From IMG/VR virus record IMGVR_UViG_3300038461_000154: a DNA stretch of 64,000 nucleotides; one strand, 5' to 3'. Position 1 is the stretch's first letter; each line of letters opens with the position of its first letter. The notes below the pieces were generated by a model. The model ran no database searches. It was not told the DNA's origin and was given only the letters and a program-made list of their open reading frames with translations. Source of the DNA: an uncultured virus (IMG/VR IMGVR_UViG_3300038461_000154) (lineage: Duplodnaviria; Heunggongvirae; Uroviricota; Caudoviricetes). Shown in pieces: positions 54,752 through 63,141 of the stretch. Position numbers and translations under genes: made by a program.

Positions 54752-55345
54752 TTATACCTTAACACTCGTAGCCTCTTGAACCGAAGTGGCAAACGCTACC
54801 ACTTCCTCAAAAGTAGCAAAGGTGGTGCGCTCGACGTATTCAGCATGAGTTTGAGCCTGATAAGGAAGGGGTGCACATTCCCAAGACCGATTTTTGTTCA
54901 TAAGCCACACAACAGCATCTTCGCTATCGTGAATGATGACGTAACCTTCCTTAATCTTGCGGATAGTCATACCGGGGCAACCGGGGCTTTTCCATTCAGC
55001 CGCTTCCCAAAGGTAAGTCTGGTCAACGTCAAATACGTCTTCGTTCTTTTCAACTCGTTCAACATCGGCATAGATTTCGGTAATGCCATTCTTCGGATAA
55101 AACTTTGTTTCATGCCAAGCCAGTGTAGGCTTCTCGTTTTCATCGTAGTAGTTGTGTTCTGCAATCTTCTTGTTGGCTTCCTCAAAGTCCTTAAAGTCCA
55201 GAGTCAAACATAGAACAGTGCAGTCGTGTTCTACTCTAACACCAAGAACCCGCGCCCTTTGGTTAGGACTGAAATCAACGCAGTCAGCTTCCAATACGCG
55301 CCGGTTGAACTTGATGACTTTGCCTTCTAGCTCGTGAATGTTCAT
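54752..55345 (-). CDS. hypothetical protein
   Basis: 197-aa ORF; ATGA overlap. Confidence 0.8.
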   Translation of the reverse strand: MNIHELEGKVIKFNRRVLEADCVDFSPNQRARVLGVRVEHDCTVLCLTLDFKDFEEANKKIAEHNYYDENEKPTLAWHETKFYPKNGITEIYADVERVEKNEDVFDVDQTYLWEAAEWKSPGCPGMTIRKIKEGYVIIHDSEDAVVWLMNKNRSWECAPLPYQAQTHAEYVERTTFATFEEVVAFATSVQEATSVKV

Positions 55346-55770
55346 TTTCTTTTTACCCTCAAAGCACTCCTGTATTCAAACCCTTTTACCACACCGTTTT
55401 CTTTTATCAGCACTAACTTGCCATATTCGGCAGAAGCCACAGAGAACCGGACTTCGTTCTTTTCAAGCAACTCTTCAATTTCACAGGTAACGGCGTAATC
55501 GGGGAACCAATAGAGTTTGCCGTTAGGGGAACGCAGAATAGGTGCGGAAGTAAGAGCGCCAATGTCTTCGGGATTAACAAACTCCCAACCGTTACAAAGC
55601 TGCCATTCAAGCAAGTCTTGGAAGATATGGGAAGTACCACGCTTCCACCCAATTTCATCATCCGTTTCTTCGGTCTTTTGGCTTTCCAATTCCTGTCTAC
55701 CAGCTTCAGTCAGCTTGATTAACAGGCAATCAGGAGTCTCTACAAGTTCAACGTTGCGTTCCATCGGCAT
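55342..55770 (-). CDS. hypothetical phage protein
   Basis: PEDIGALTSAPIL..W..PDY motif; promoter motif at 55788. Confidence 0.75.
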   Translation of the reverse strand: MPMERNVELVETPDCLLIKLTEAGRQELESQKTEETDDEIGWKRGTSHIFQDLLEWQLCNGWEFVNPEDIGALTSAPILRSPNGKLYWFPDYAVTCEIEELLEKNEVRFSVASAEYGKLVLIKENGVVKGFEYRSALRVKRK

Positions 55771-55823
55771 CAACCTTTCCTTCTTTTGTATCGTCAAAAC
55801 GGCTCAAAATTCTAATGAAAATC

Positions 55824-56066
55824 CTAAACGGCTTCATGTTTCCGAATGAGATTGATGACATTCTTTGCGTAGCCGTAATCTGTGTACTGTGTCATCCTAT
55901 CCGCAGCCATTACACCCCGTTGTTTACCACAACGGATACACTCTTCAACAGCATAAAGTATTACGCATTCACGGATTTCGCCGGTCAAATTGCTTTGTGA
56001 TTTACCGGGGCCAACTTGTTCATCGGTGCGCTTCCACGAATGCTTAAAAAAACATTTCCAACACAT
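55824..56066 (-). CDS. small Cys/His protein (DUF1660-like pattern)
   Basis: CFFKHSW..CIRCG. Confidence 0.6.
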   Translation of the reverse strand: MCWKCFFKHSWKRTDEQVGPGKSQSNLTGEIRECVILYAVEECIRCGKQRGVMAADRMTQYTDYGYAKNVINLIRKHEAV

Positions 56067-56083
56067 GCTCGTTTTCCTTTCGC

Positions 56084-56815
56084 TTAGTAATCCAACGGCA
56101 GCTTCACGCTCTCACCAACGACAAACTGGAAAAACTCTTTCAGGCTCTTGGGGTCATTCACGGTATCCAGAACGGTCTGAATCTTGGAACGGAGCGCCAA
56201 AGCATCGGCCACTTTCTTCTTTCCCGGCGTCATTTCTGGAACCGAAATATCAATGACAGGCAGTACAACCACTTCACTTGCAGAGTAACCCGGCCTTGCG
56301 CGATGACTAGGGCTTTCCACAATATTGCTGTAATTCGGCTCAAAAGTGCTACCCTTGACAATCATTCCGGCATGGTAGGAGTAGTAGATAGAACCATCAG
56401 GATTGCGGCTTGGAAGATTGTGCGTACCCCACTTGCCAACGAGTCCGATAGGCTTCAAAAGATTCTTGCCATCCACGTTCACCACTTCACAACGCACATA
56501 GTCTTCAAAGCCGTTGCAGTAATGAACAATCTGGCCAACCTTCAAAGAAGCGTAGAAGCCCGCATGTGAATCGCGGCTCTGTTTCCAAAAGTTATCAGAC
56601 TTGACGGCGCTGGCGATTTCCTCATTGCCAAAAACCTTCGTGTGCCCAACCCAATCACTGTCAATGAGCTTGCCGTCTATTTCCACCGGCTCATTGACAA
56701 TTTCCGCAACCCAACAACCCCGGCCTTTGGAAGCAACAACCTTCCAAAGCGGATTGCTGTCAGCGTGAGTGTAGCGGAATGTAGTGCCGATTTTTACAGA
56801 AGCTGGTCTACCCAT
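56084..56815 (-). CDS. hypothetical protein
   Basis: 243-aa ORF; AGGAGG RBS; promoter motif at 56839. Confidence 0.85.
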   Translation of the reverse strand: MGRPASVKIGTTFRYTHADSNPLWKVVASKGRGCWVAEIVNEPVEIDGKLIDSDWVGHTKVFGNEEIASAVKSDNFWKQSRDSHAGFYASLKVGQIVHYCNGFEDYVRCEVVNVDGKNLLKPIGLVGKWGTHNLPSRNPDGSIYYSYHAGMIVKGSTFEPNYSNIVESPSHRARPGYSASEVVVLPVIDISVPEMTPGKKKVADALALRSKIQTVLDTVNDPKSLKEFFQFVVGESVKLPLDY

Positions 56816-56880
56816 GTCTTTGAAATCCTCCTTCTAATGTATCGTCAAAAGGCGCGATAATTATAAAGGAATCGGTAAAT

Positions 56881-57069
56881 TCAGCCCTTTTTCCAAATAA
56901 GTTGGTTGTTCATCAAACGCCGGATTTCAACAACCTCTTCGGCTGTGTCTTTGCGGGCCGATTGCTTGACTGCACGTGCAACGTCTTTCTTATCAGGAAC
57001 GTTGCCTAGCCATGTCAAGACAACTCGTATAATCTTACCAGACAACAGTTTAACCGTGTATATGGTCAT
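56881..57069 (-). CDS. hypothetical protein
   Basis: ORF in operon. Confidence 0.6.
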   Translation of the reverse strand: MTIYTVKLLSGKIIRVVLTWLGNVPDKKDVARAVKQSARKDTAEEVVEIRRLMNNQLIWKKG

Positions 57070-57072
57070 TGT

Positions 57073-57318
57073 TCAATCCTTTAGCATCTTGTTAATGTCT
57101 GGTTGAAGCCTGTCAATCCACAACCTGTAATCTTCTGAATTAGCAGCTTCATGAGCGCGTTTGACGGATTCTACACCGTCTGGACATTCACGCAAACGCT
57201 TTTGCATCTTACTACATGCCTTGCGCAATTCTACAACCGTCTTAGGAACGTGTGTAATTTCACGTTCCAATTGTTCATGCAAGGCAAAAAACAAAGCTCT
57301 CAGGTGTGTTTTTGTCAT
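57073..57318 (-). CDS. hypothetical protein
   Basis: ORF in operon. Confidence 0.65.
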   Translation of the reverse strand: MTKTHLRALFFALHEQLEREITHVPKTVVELRKACSKMQKRLRECPDGVESVKRAHEAANSEDYRLWIDRLQPDINKMLKD

Positions 57319-57323
57319 AGCTG

Positions 57324-57518
57324 TTATCCGTTAACAGCCACAACAGGCTCAGATACAACGGCTTCAATGACCTTGTAGCCATTGATATGAATGAACTCGT
57401 CCTGCGAAAGCGGCTTCGGAATACCACCAACTTCCTTACACGCCTTCAGATAATCCTTGTACTGCTTACCCACCTTGACCGCACTGATTTCGATGGTGAT
57501 TGGCGACGGCTTGACCAT
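57324..57518 (-). CDS. hypothetical protein
   Basis: AAGGAG RBS; promoter motif at 57577. Confidence 0.65.
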   Translation of the reverse strand: MVKPSPITIEISAVKVGKQYKDYLKACKEVGGIPKPLSQDEFIHINGYKVIEAVVSEPVVAVNG

Positions 57519-57614
57519 GACTCTCTCCTTTTTCCTGTCTCCTTTAGAACCAAAACATTTTGGTTCTGACTTTTATGTATCGTCAACTCACGCCGACTTT
57601 ATTACTCAAACTGT

Positions 57615-57863
57615 CTACTTTTCGTCCTTACCACACATCTTTTCCCAACACTCAGAACAAGTGCCGCTCACAAAAAGTTCACGGTCATCTTTGGAGAGGT
57701 TAGGGAAAGCAGCTTGAATGTGAACACCGGCTTCTCTAAGTTTTAGTCCCACAATTGGAACTTCAACGCGCTTCTCTTTCTTACAAATAGGGCAAATGAA
57801 AACGCAAATCACAGTGCCAGATTTTGCGGAAGCGATAATGGCTGCTGGCTGGTACATAGGCAC
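57615..57863 (-). CDS. small Zn-binding phage protein
   Basis: CPIC..IQAAFP.LS..RE.FVSGTC..CW. Confidence 0.75.
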   Translation of the reverse strand: MPMYQPAAIIASAKSGTVICVFICPICKKEKRVEVPIVGLKLREAGVHIQAAFPNLSKDDRELFVSGTCSECWEKMCGKDEK

Positions 57864-58051
57864 CTATCCTTTCTTCAATTCCTTCACGATGATTGCGTTC
57901 CATGTTTCACGCCATTCATCCTTCGTGTCTTTGTCAACCAAATCATATTCTTGCCGAAAGCCGCGCCGGTCTGTCAAATCGGCCATAAGGCGCTTCTGAA
58001 TGCTTTCGGCAAGTTTTGTGATTTTGTCTTTCGGCTTCATCGTTTTTTTCC

Positions 58052-58300
58052 TTAGAGTGCAGCAACCTTGGCTTTAATGGCCTTCAAATCGCCAACGAAA
58101 AGGTACGTGTAATCACCGTCTTCAACTCCGTACAAAGACTTGTCTTTTGCCTTCTGAGCAAATTCAAATCCGGCTTTGAAAGCAGTAAATCCTTTATCGT
58201 TATAATCGCACAAACCATCAGTGACTTTAAGGATGTATGCTCCCGCATCCACCTTGCTCTTTACCAAAGCCGTTAGTGCAGCATCAGTTTTGTAGAACAT
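58052..58300 (-). CDS. hypothetical protein
   Basis: ORF downstream of RNA cluster. Confidence 0.7.
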   Translation of the reverse strand: MFYKTDAALTALVKSKVDAGAYILKVTDGLCDYNDKGFTAFKAGFEFAQKAKDKSLYGVEDGDYTYLFVGDLKAIKAKVAAL

Positions 58301-58313
58301 TTTTCCCTTTCCA

Positions 58314-58383
58314 ATCGCGGTGAGAGATTTGGACTCTCACTTCCCTGCGTGCGTGCAAGGCGTGCTCCTTACACCAACCGCGA
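58314..58383 (-). tRNA. non-canonical tRNA-like gene, anticodon ambiguous
   Basis: TCGCGGT/ACCGCGA acceptor, GTGT/GCAC D stem, CCTTGC/GCAGGG stem with 6-nt loop, GAGAG-TCCAAAT-CTCTC. Confidence 0.7.
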
Positions 58384-58394
58384 AACCGTTGTAA

Positions 58395-58481
58395 TGCAGG
58401 ATAGACCACGCCCGCCATATCACTGAATTCTAGCTGGTACTATGAGGCCAGTAGAACCCACGGGCCTTATGCTATCCTGCA
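58395..58481 (-). ncRNA. structured RNA candidate
   Basis: Perfect 10-bp terminal inverted repeat TGCAGGATAG/CTATCCTGCA plus internal stem. Confidence 0.55.
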
Positions 58482-58487
58482 AAAATG

Positions 58488-58609
58488 TGGCGCGGGCCGA
58501 CTCATCGAACGTCGTCTCTTAAAAGCGAGTATCAACGCAACTCCCTTAACAGCGAGCGTCACCGATTCTTTGCGCAAGAACCATTTGGATGTATCTCCCC
58601 GCCGCACCA
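58488..58609 (-). ncRNA. structured RNA with GGTGCGG/CCGCGCC closing stem and T-arm-like hairpin
   Basis: CGAC-GTTCGATGA-GTCG adjacent to the 3' strand. Confidence 0.55.
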
Positions 58610-58631
58610 CTTCAAATTGTCAAAAAGCAAA

Positions 58632-58714
58632 TGGCGCGGGCCGGTCGCTGTCGTAACCCGGACACATCGTAACTATCCGCCGTAGAGGCTTTCGCTTCGC
58701 CGGATTGCCGCGCC
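58632..58714 (-). ncRNA. structured RNA with GGCGCGG/CCGCGCC closing stem
   Basis: Internal ATCCG/CGGAT and CCGG/CCGG stems. Confidence 0.55.
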
Positions 58715-58724
58715 TTTCATTTTC

Positions 58725-58880
58725 AAGGTGAATGTTCTCGGTTCTACTAATGCAACCGTCATTCGGCTTCGCTATGATTTTTGCTTTCATCGGCAAAAGG
58801 TTTCCGAAGCGTTTTGCATTCCACCAAGAAGCGACTCTTGTATTTAGCCGACTTCTCAATTGGCTTGTCTCATTCACCTT
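58725..58880 (-). ncRNA. structured RNA candidate
   Basis: Perfect 10-bp terminal inverted repeat AAGGTGAATG/CATTCACCTT. Confidence 0.5.
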
Positions 58881-58897
58881 CAATTGTCAAAAAACAA

Positions 58898-58998
58898 TGG
58901 GCGGATTCACTGCCAGCATGTTGTGGCCTTATGTGTAGAGCCGCCCCTATCCTTAAATGGTACTTCAACTCCCGCAAGGTCTAACTTCAACCCGCACA
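58898..58998 (-). ncRNA. structured RNA candidate, first in transcript
   Basis: TGTGCGGGTT/AATCCGCCCA closing stem starting about 6 nt after promoter motif at 59004. Confidence 0.4.
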
Positions 58999-59003
58999 TT
59001 TAT

Positions 59004-59029
59004 GTATCGTCAAACCGTGTTAATTTTAT
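59004..59029 (-). promoter_or_regulatory. promoter-like motif heading the RNA cluster
   Basis: ATAAA-N13-GACGATAC. Confidence 0.65.
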
Positions 59030-59097
59030 CAAACAATTCACAATTTTTTTATTATGTGCTTCTGTAGCAAGAGGATGAAAGACGAAAGGATAGCGTA

Positions 59098-59346
59098 ATG
59101 AACAACATAAAAATCGCTTCTGAGCTTGTAAAATTGGCACGCGAACTCATGGCCGATATGTTTAATATGCGCCTGTACAGCCGTATAACCCATGAGAAAA
59201 TCCAAACCTATTGTGCTCCCGGCAATAAGCATTGTATTGACAAGCTGCTTCGTGATTTAGAAGAGGCTCAAGAATCGGAACCACGTAATCAATGGATATT
59301 GGAGACAAGAGGAATGGTATCTGACTGGCACGAATATAAACCATAA
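59098..59346 (+). CDS. hypothetical protein, amphipathic N-terminal helix
   Basis: MNNIKIASELVKLARELMA. Confidence 0.7.
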   Translation: MNNIKIASELVKLARELMADMFNMRLYSRITHEKIQTYCAPGNKHCIDKLLRDLEEAQESEPRNQWILETRGMVSDWHEYKP

Positions 59347-59356
59347 GGAGTAAATT

Positions 59357-59707
59357 ATGAAAATTGCAGAGATTGTAGAACGAGTTGCCAAATCAGTTAT
59401 GGCGTATGTAGAAGTAAAACAAGGCAACGTCAAAGACCCAAAGAGACTACTTGACAAATGCAATAGAAAATTTGGCACAAAATTGAATGTCCGTCACCTT
59501 GCAGACAATTGGGGATTCAATTCGGCAGAGTGGCAATCACCAAAGAACGTCTATACAACAGTTGATGAAAATGGTGACTTCAGCGGCGCAATGTATGGCA
59601 TTCATTTGTACGGTCATTTTGAAGAAGAGACTCACATACTGATTTTAGATGAAGTCGTTTATAACTTGAACTATCAGGAAGACAAAAAAGAAATGACTTT
59701 TAGGTAA
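59357..59707 (+). CDS. hypothetical protein, amphipathic N-terminal helix
   Basis: AAGGAG RBS; MKIAEIVERVAKSVMA. Confidence 0.75.
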   Translation: MKIAEIVERVAKSVMAYVEVKQGNVKDPKRLLDKCNRKFGTKLNVRHLADNWGFNSAEWQSPKNVYTTVDENGDFSGAMYGIHLYGHFEEETHILILDEVVYNLNYQEDKKEMTFR

Positions 59708-59715
59708 TTGCTACA

Positions 59716-60615
59716 ATGGATACAATGCAGTTCAGAATCATCATACCAAATGATGCCAACTTTGACTACACATTCACCTTGCCAATCTACGGTGGTGGTG
59801 CTTCCTATACGCAAAATTTCGTAGTGGATTGGGGCGATACTTTTTCTAGCACAATCACTTCTTACGACGACACAGATAGAATACATACCTATTCCACTTA
59901 TGGAACCTATGACATTCTATTATCAGGTACTTGCGAATGGTTCTGTTTTAATAACGAAGGTAGTAGCAAAAGCAAAGTCACTCAGTTGCAAGTCATAACC
60001 GGCGATATGGGATTCAAGAAGCTGAATTTTTGGGGCTGTAATCATCTATCTACTATTGTTGCATTAGGTACGAAAGCCAGTCTTGACACACTGGATAACG
60101 TTTTCAGAGGTTGCTACATTACTTCCATTCCGTCAAGCATCTTTGCAAGTTGTCCAACCGTTACAAGTTGTTCTGGCGCATTCAGTAACAACGAGGTACT
60201 TGATTTTGGAGCAACGGGAATACCTGTAGACCTTTTTCGGTACAATACGCTCATTACGGATTTTTCCAATGTGTTCTCAGGCTGTAGAAATCTAAATGCC
60301 TTACCTGCTGGTATTTTTGATTACAATACACTGGCTACTACATTTGGTCTTGCCTTCTACAAATGCAAACTACATCAAACTATACCTGGAAACATTTTTA
60401 GGTATTGCGTCAGCCTTACTGATTTAAATGCCGCATTTTATGGTACTTTTCTTTACGGACATGGTTGGGGGCCGGGTACTATACCTAGCACTATCATCTA
60501 TTGGACTACACAGCCTGGACATTCGACACCTACCAATACCAAAGGTTGTTTTTACGGTTCAATAAGTCTGAGTGATTATACGAACATACCCGCAACATAC
60601 AAATCAGGTTTCTAA
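59716..60615 (+). CDS. surface/virion protein with PKD-like domain and BspA/DUF285-type leucine-rich repeats
   Basis: VDWGD..HTY; repeats F.GC..L..IP..LF.YNT. Confidence 0.75.
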   Translation: MDTMQFRIIIPNDANFDYTFTLPIYGGGASYTQNFVVDWGDTFSSTITSYDDTDRIHTYSTYGTYDILLSGTCEWFCFNNEGSSKSKVTQLQVITGDMGFKKLNFWGCNHLSTIVALGTKASLDTLDNVFRGCYITSIPSSIFASCPTVTSCSGAFSNNEVLDFGATGIPVDLFRYNTLITDFSNVFSGCRNLNALPAGIFDYNTLATTFGLAFYKCKLHQTIPGNIFRYCVSLTDLNAAFYGTFLYGHGWGPGTIPSTIIYWTTQPGHSTPTNTKGCFYGSISLSDYTNIPATYKSGF

Positions 60616-60809
60616 TTTTCCGCACTCACAATATGTTCTAAAATATACGGACATTTTTGTGCTATTTTGAAATTTTCAGAAAATTTACCATTGGCGTAAA
60701 AAACCAAGCCATGTGACGTTGACTCGGAAAAAGCGAGATAGCAAAATTTTTCTATACCATAGCCAACTGTACAAAGCCATTCACATCTTTTACACAAGAA
60801 ACTATTCAT
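60612..60809 (-). CDS. CPYLE family Cys-rich protein
   Basis: Family motifs. Confidence 0.8.
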   Translation of the reverse strand: MNSFLCKRCEWLCTVGYGIEKFCYLAFSESTSHGLVFYANGKFSENFKIAQKCPYILEHIVSAEN

Positions 60810-61083
60810 GCTGACTCTCCTGTGAAACCACATGTTCTAAATGGCAAGGACATTTCTCAGGCACCGTGTCAATGTTCGTCATTACTTCTTCTATCGTTAT
60901 CCCCGGACAATACTCTGGTGGGTGTGTCTTGACTTTGAAAAACTTCTCCATGGCGTTCAAAGCGGCAAGTCTTTTCTCATTATCATGCGCTACTATTTTA
61001 GCACTTGTGATGACCTCTCTCCAAAAGAAGAGGTACTTAGAACGCTTCCTACAATACTTCTTGCAAACGCTTCTATTCACCAT
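60802..61083 (-). CDS. CPYLE family Cys-rich protein
   Basis: Family motifs (CxxxC variant). Confidence 0.8.
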   Translation of the reverse strand: MVNRSVCKKYCRKRSKYLFFWREVITSAKIVAHDNEKRLAALNAMEKFFKVKTHPPEYCPGITIEEVMTNIDTVPEKCPCHLEHVVSQESQHE

Positions 61084-61306
61084 GTTCTTGACTCATCAGT
61101 TGTTCCAAAAGGTAAAAGCAGTTGTCAGGTGGTGTCGTGTAGATGTCCCAAAACAATGAATCATCTGGATGTGCCTTGCAAAGACACCTTGCCATTTTCC
61201 AATAGGTATGGAACAATTCTTCGGTAAAAAAATAGTCTTCTTCATACATCTTGCCTTTGGCACTACGGAAGCATTTTAGACACAGTTCTTTGTTAAGTAT
61301 TTCCAT
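61073..61306 (-). CDS. CPYLE family Cys-rich protein
   Basis: Family motifs. Confidence 0.85.
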   Translation of the reverse strand: MEILNKELCLKCFRSAKGKMYEEDYFFTEELFHTYWKMARCLCKAHPDDSLFWDIYTTPPDNCFYLLEQLMSQEHGE

Positions 61307-61550
61307 TGTCACACCCACTCGACACCAAGTATTCCATGTGAAAAGGACATTTCTTGGGCCATTTGTCTTCGTCAACATATAAGTCTTTAGTTCCGTAAGC
61401 ACATTGGCAAATCCCTTTTTTCCAAGCAAAATCAAAATCCTTCATTGCTCTTTTGAAATACTTTAAATGCTGCAAAGTTTCAGGTGGGTAAAGCGAATTT
61501 TCCCGATACCATTTAGCGCAGCATTGGTAACAGAGTTTTTTGTTTAGCAT
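61293..61550 (-). CDS. CPYLE family Cys-rich protein
   Basis: Family motifs. Confidence 0.85.
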   Translation of the reverse strand: MLNKKLCYQCCAKWYRENSLYPPETLQHLKYFKRAMKDFDFAWKKGICQCAYGTKDLYVDEDKWPKKCPFHMEYLVSSGCDNGNT

Positions 61551-61560
61551 TATTGCACCC

Positions 61561-61776
61561 TTATCTCTTGAACCATTTAATCAATTTATCCAGCCATGTA
61601 TCTTGATAATTTACCGTGTGTTCAAGTAGATAAGGGCAATTGTCTGGTGGATTGCCGTTTCTCCATTCACAAGTAAAAGAGAAATTTTTATGTTCTCTAT
61701 CATGCCTTTGTATTTCCACAATCAAATTGGTTAAGCATCTACTGCAAATTTTGTTATCGTACTTGTCGTGGCTCAT
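61561..61776 (-). CDS. CPYLE family protein, basic/aromatic tail
   Basis: Family motifs. Confidence 0.8.
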   Translation of the reverse strand: MSHDKYDNKICSRCLTNLIVEIQRHDREHKNFSFTCEWRNGNPPDNCPYLLEHTVNYQDTWLDKLIKWFKR

Positions 61777-61927
61777 GGTTCCTGCTCCACAAGTACTTAA
61801 AGGCACCTAGCGGGCAAAGCACAACCTTGTTTTTCCAATGATGCTCGAAAACAGCGTCATCCCAAGGCTCCCACCTCTCAGAACGGTTCTTCTTATTACA
61901 GTGCTTACAAATCTCTTTGTTAAGCAT
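61754..61927 (-). CDS. truncated CPYLE family protein
   Basis: MLNK..CxxC..W..C present; CPYxLE lost. Confidence 0.7.
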   Translation of the reverse strand: MLNKEICKHCNKKNRSERWEPWDDAVFEHHWKNKVVLCPLGAFKYLWSRNHEPRQVR

Positions 61928-61980
61928 GACACCCTCTACTACCCACTGTATCGTTATAGAAGGGCTTTTCAACAAAAATT

Positions 61981-62205
61981 TTATGGCTCTTTGTTCACCG
62001 TGTATTCTAAAATGTAAGGACAATGATATGGCGGTTCACTTTTAAGATTAACTAGCTGATAAGTCGTACCACCATGACGACCATAACACATGGCAAATCC
62101 AAGCGACCATATTTTGTTAAACTCTTTACAAGTGTCAGCTTTGCCATGGCCGTTACGTTGGCCAATTTCTGAACAGCACTTGAGACAAACATCGTACATT
62201 AGCAT
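61981..62205 (-). CDS. CPYLE family Cys-rich protein
   Basis: Family motifs. Confidence 0.85.
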   Translation of the reverse strand: MLMYDVCLKCCSEIGQRNGHGKADTCKEFNKIWSLGFAMCYGRHGGTTYQLVNLKSEPPYHCPYILEYTVNKEP

Positions 62206-62480
62206 GGTTCTATCACTTCCTCATCAGAAACGATGTGTTCTAAGGCATAAGGACAAGTTTCTGGTGGTGAAGATTCCGTAGACCAAAGAAAAGCATGGCC
62301 ACGATGTTCACATTTGAAGATACCTGCATCAAAGTTGTGAATAAAATCTTCCACTGCCTCTTTGTAATTATGCACGACTAAAGATTTTGGAGCATTTACT
62401 TCTGCCCATCCGAGAATAAATTCGTGGTGTTCATGATACCACTTTTCAAAACACTTCACACAAACGTCTCTATTCAACAT
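62199..62480 (-). CDS. CPYLE family Cys-rich protein
   Basis: Family motifs. Confidence 0.85.
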   Translation of the reverse strand: MLNRDVCVKCFEKWYHEHHEFILGWAEVNAPKSLVVHNYKEAVEDFIHNFDAGIFKCEHRGHAFLWSTESSPPETCPYALEHIVSDEEVIEPC

Positions 62481-62700
62481 TGGTTTCTTCCATCGTGTGT
62501 TCGAGCACGTAAGGGCACTTTTCCATATCAGCATGTAATTCCACAATGCCGAAGATACGACTATTGTAGCTCAAGTTCACGGTTGGTGCAAATCCTAAAC
62601 ATGGAAGTAGTTCAGCTTTTTTGAACTGCCAAGGATGAGTCAATACAATATCTGTTTGATACGGTTTACAGTATTTAGTGCACACGGATTCAACTGGCAT
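62470..62700 (-). CDS. CPYLE family Cys-rich protein
   Basis: Family motifs (CxxxC variant). Confidence 0.8.
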   Translation of the reverse strand: MPVESVCTKYCKPYQTDIVLTHPWQFKKAELLPCLGFAPTVNLSYNSRIFGIVELHADMEKCPYVLEHTMEETNVE

Positions 62701-62902
62701 TCTTTTTTGTCCTTGTAAAAATCACTTGTTCAGTATAGTAAGGACAATCAGACGGCACACCCTTGTAATGCCCAATAGCCTTCATCATACAAATCTTGCC
62801 CTTGACAAACTTCTGCATTTTACCGTTCTTGATGCTTATACCTATCATGCCTGAAAAGTACAGATGGCATTTGTCACAGACTTCTTTTTTAGGTCTTAGC
62901 AT
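62690..62902 (-). CDS. CPYLE family Cys-rich protein
   Basis: Family motifs. Confidence 0.8.
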   Translation of the reverse strand: MLRPKKEVCDKCHLYFSGMIGISIKNGKMQKFVKGKICMMKAIGHYKGVPSDCPYYTEQVIFTRTKKNAS

Positions 62903-62913
62903 CGGCTCACCAT

Positions 62914-63141
62914 TTAGTCATCAACCTTTTCTTTCAAAACCATTTGTTCCACACAGTACCAACAGTTTTCAGGAATGACGTACAGACTTTGTGCTATCGG
63001 AAGATGTGGAGGACAAATGCAAAACCTTCTCACATCCCAAACCATATCCCAATGTTCATAGGCATTCGGGAACTTACCATCAGGATGCTGTTGCCACATG
63101 TAACTTTGGAAGCAGTGTTTGCAAAGCGTCTTGCTTAACAT
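62914..63141 (-). CDS. CPYLE family Cys-rich protein
   Basis: Family motifs. Confidence 0.85.
   Translation of the reverse strand: MLSKTLCKHCFQSYMWQQHPDGKFPNAYEHWDMVWDVRRFCICPPHLPIAQSLYVIPENCWYCVEQMVLKEKVDD

Noticed and set aside
12087..62546. Recurrent N-terminal extensions such as FWSxxS or MPLxF in the ORF track as a second family
   Set aside because: They are alternate-frame readings of the upstream gene's CPYxLEH codons. True starts are at the MLNK motif.
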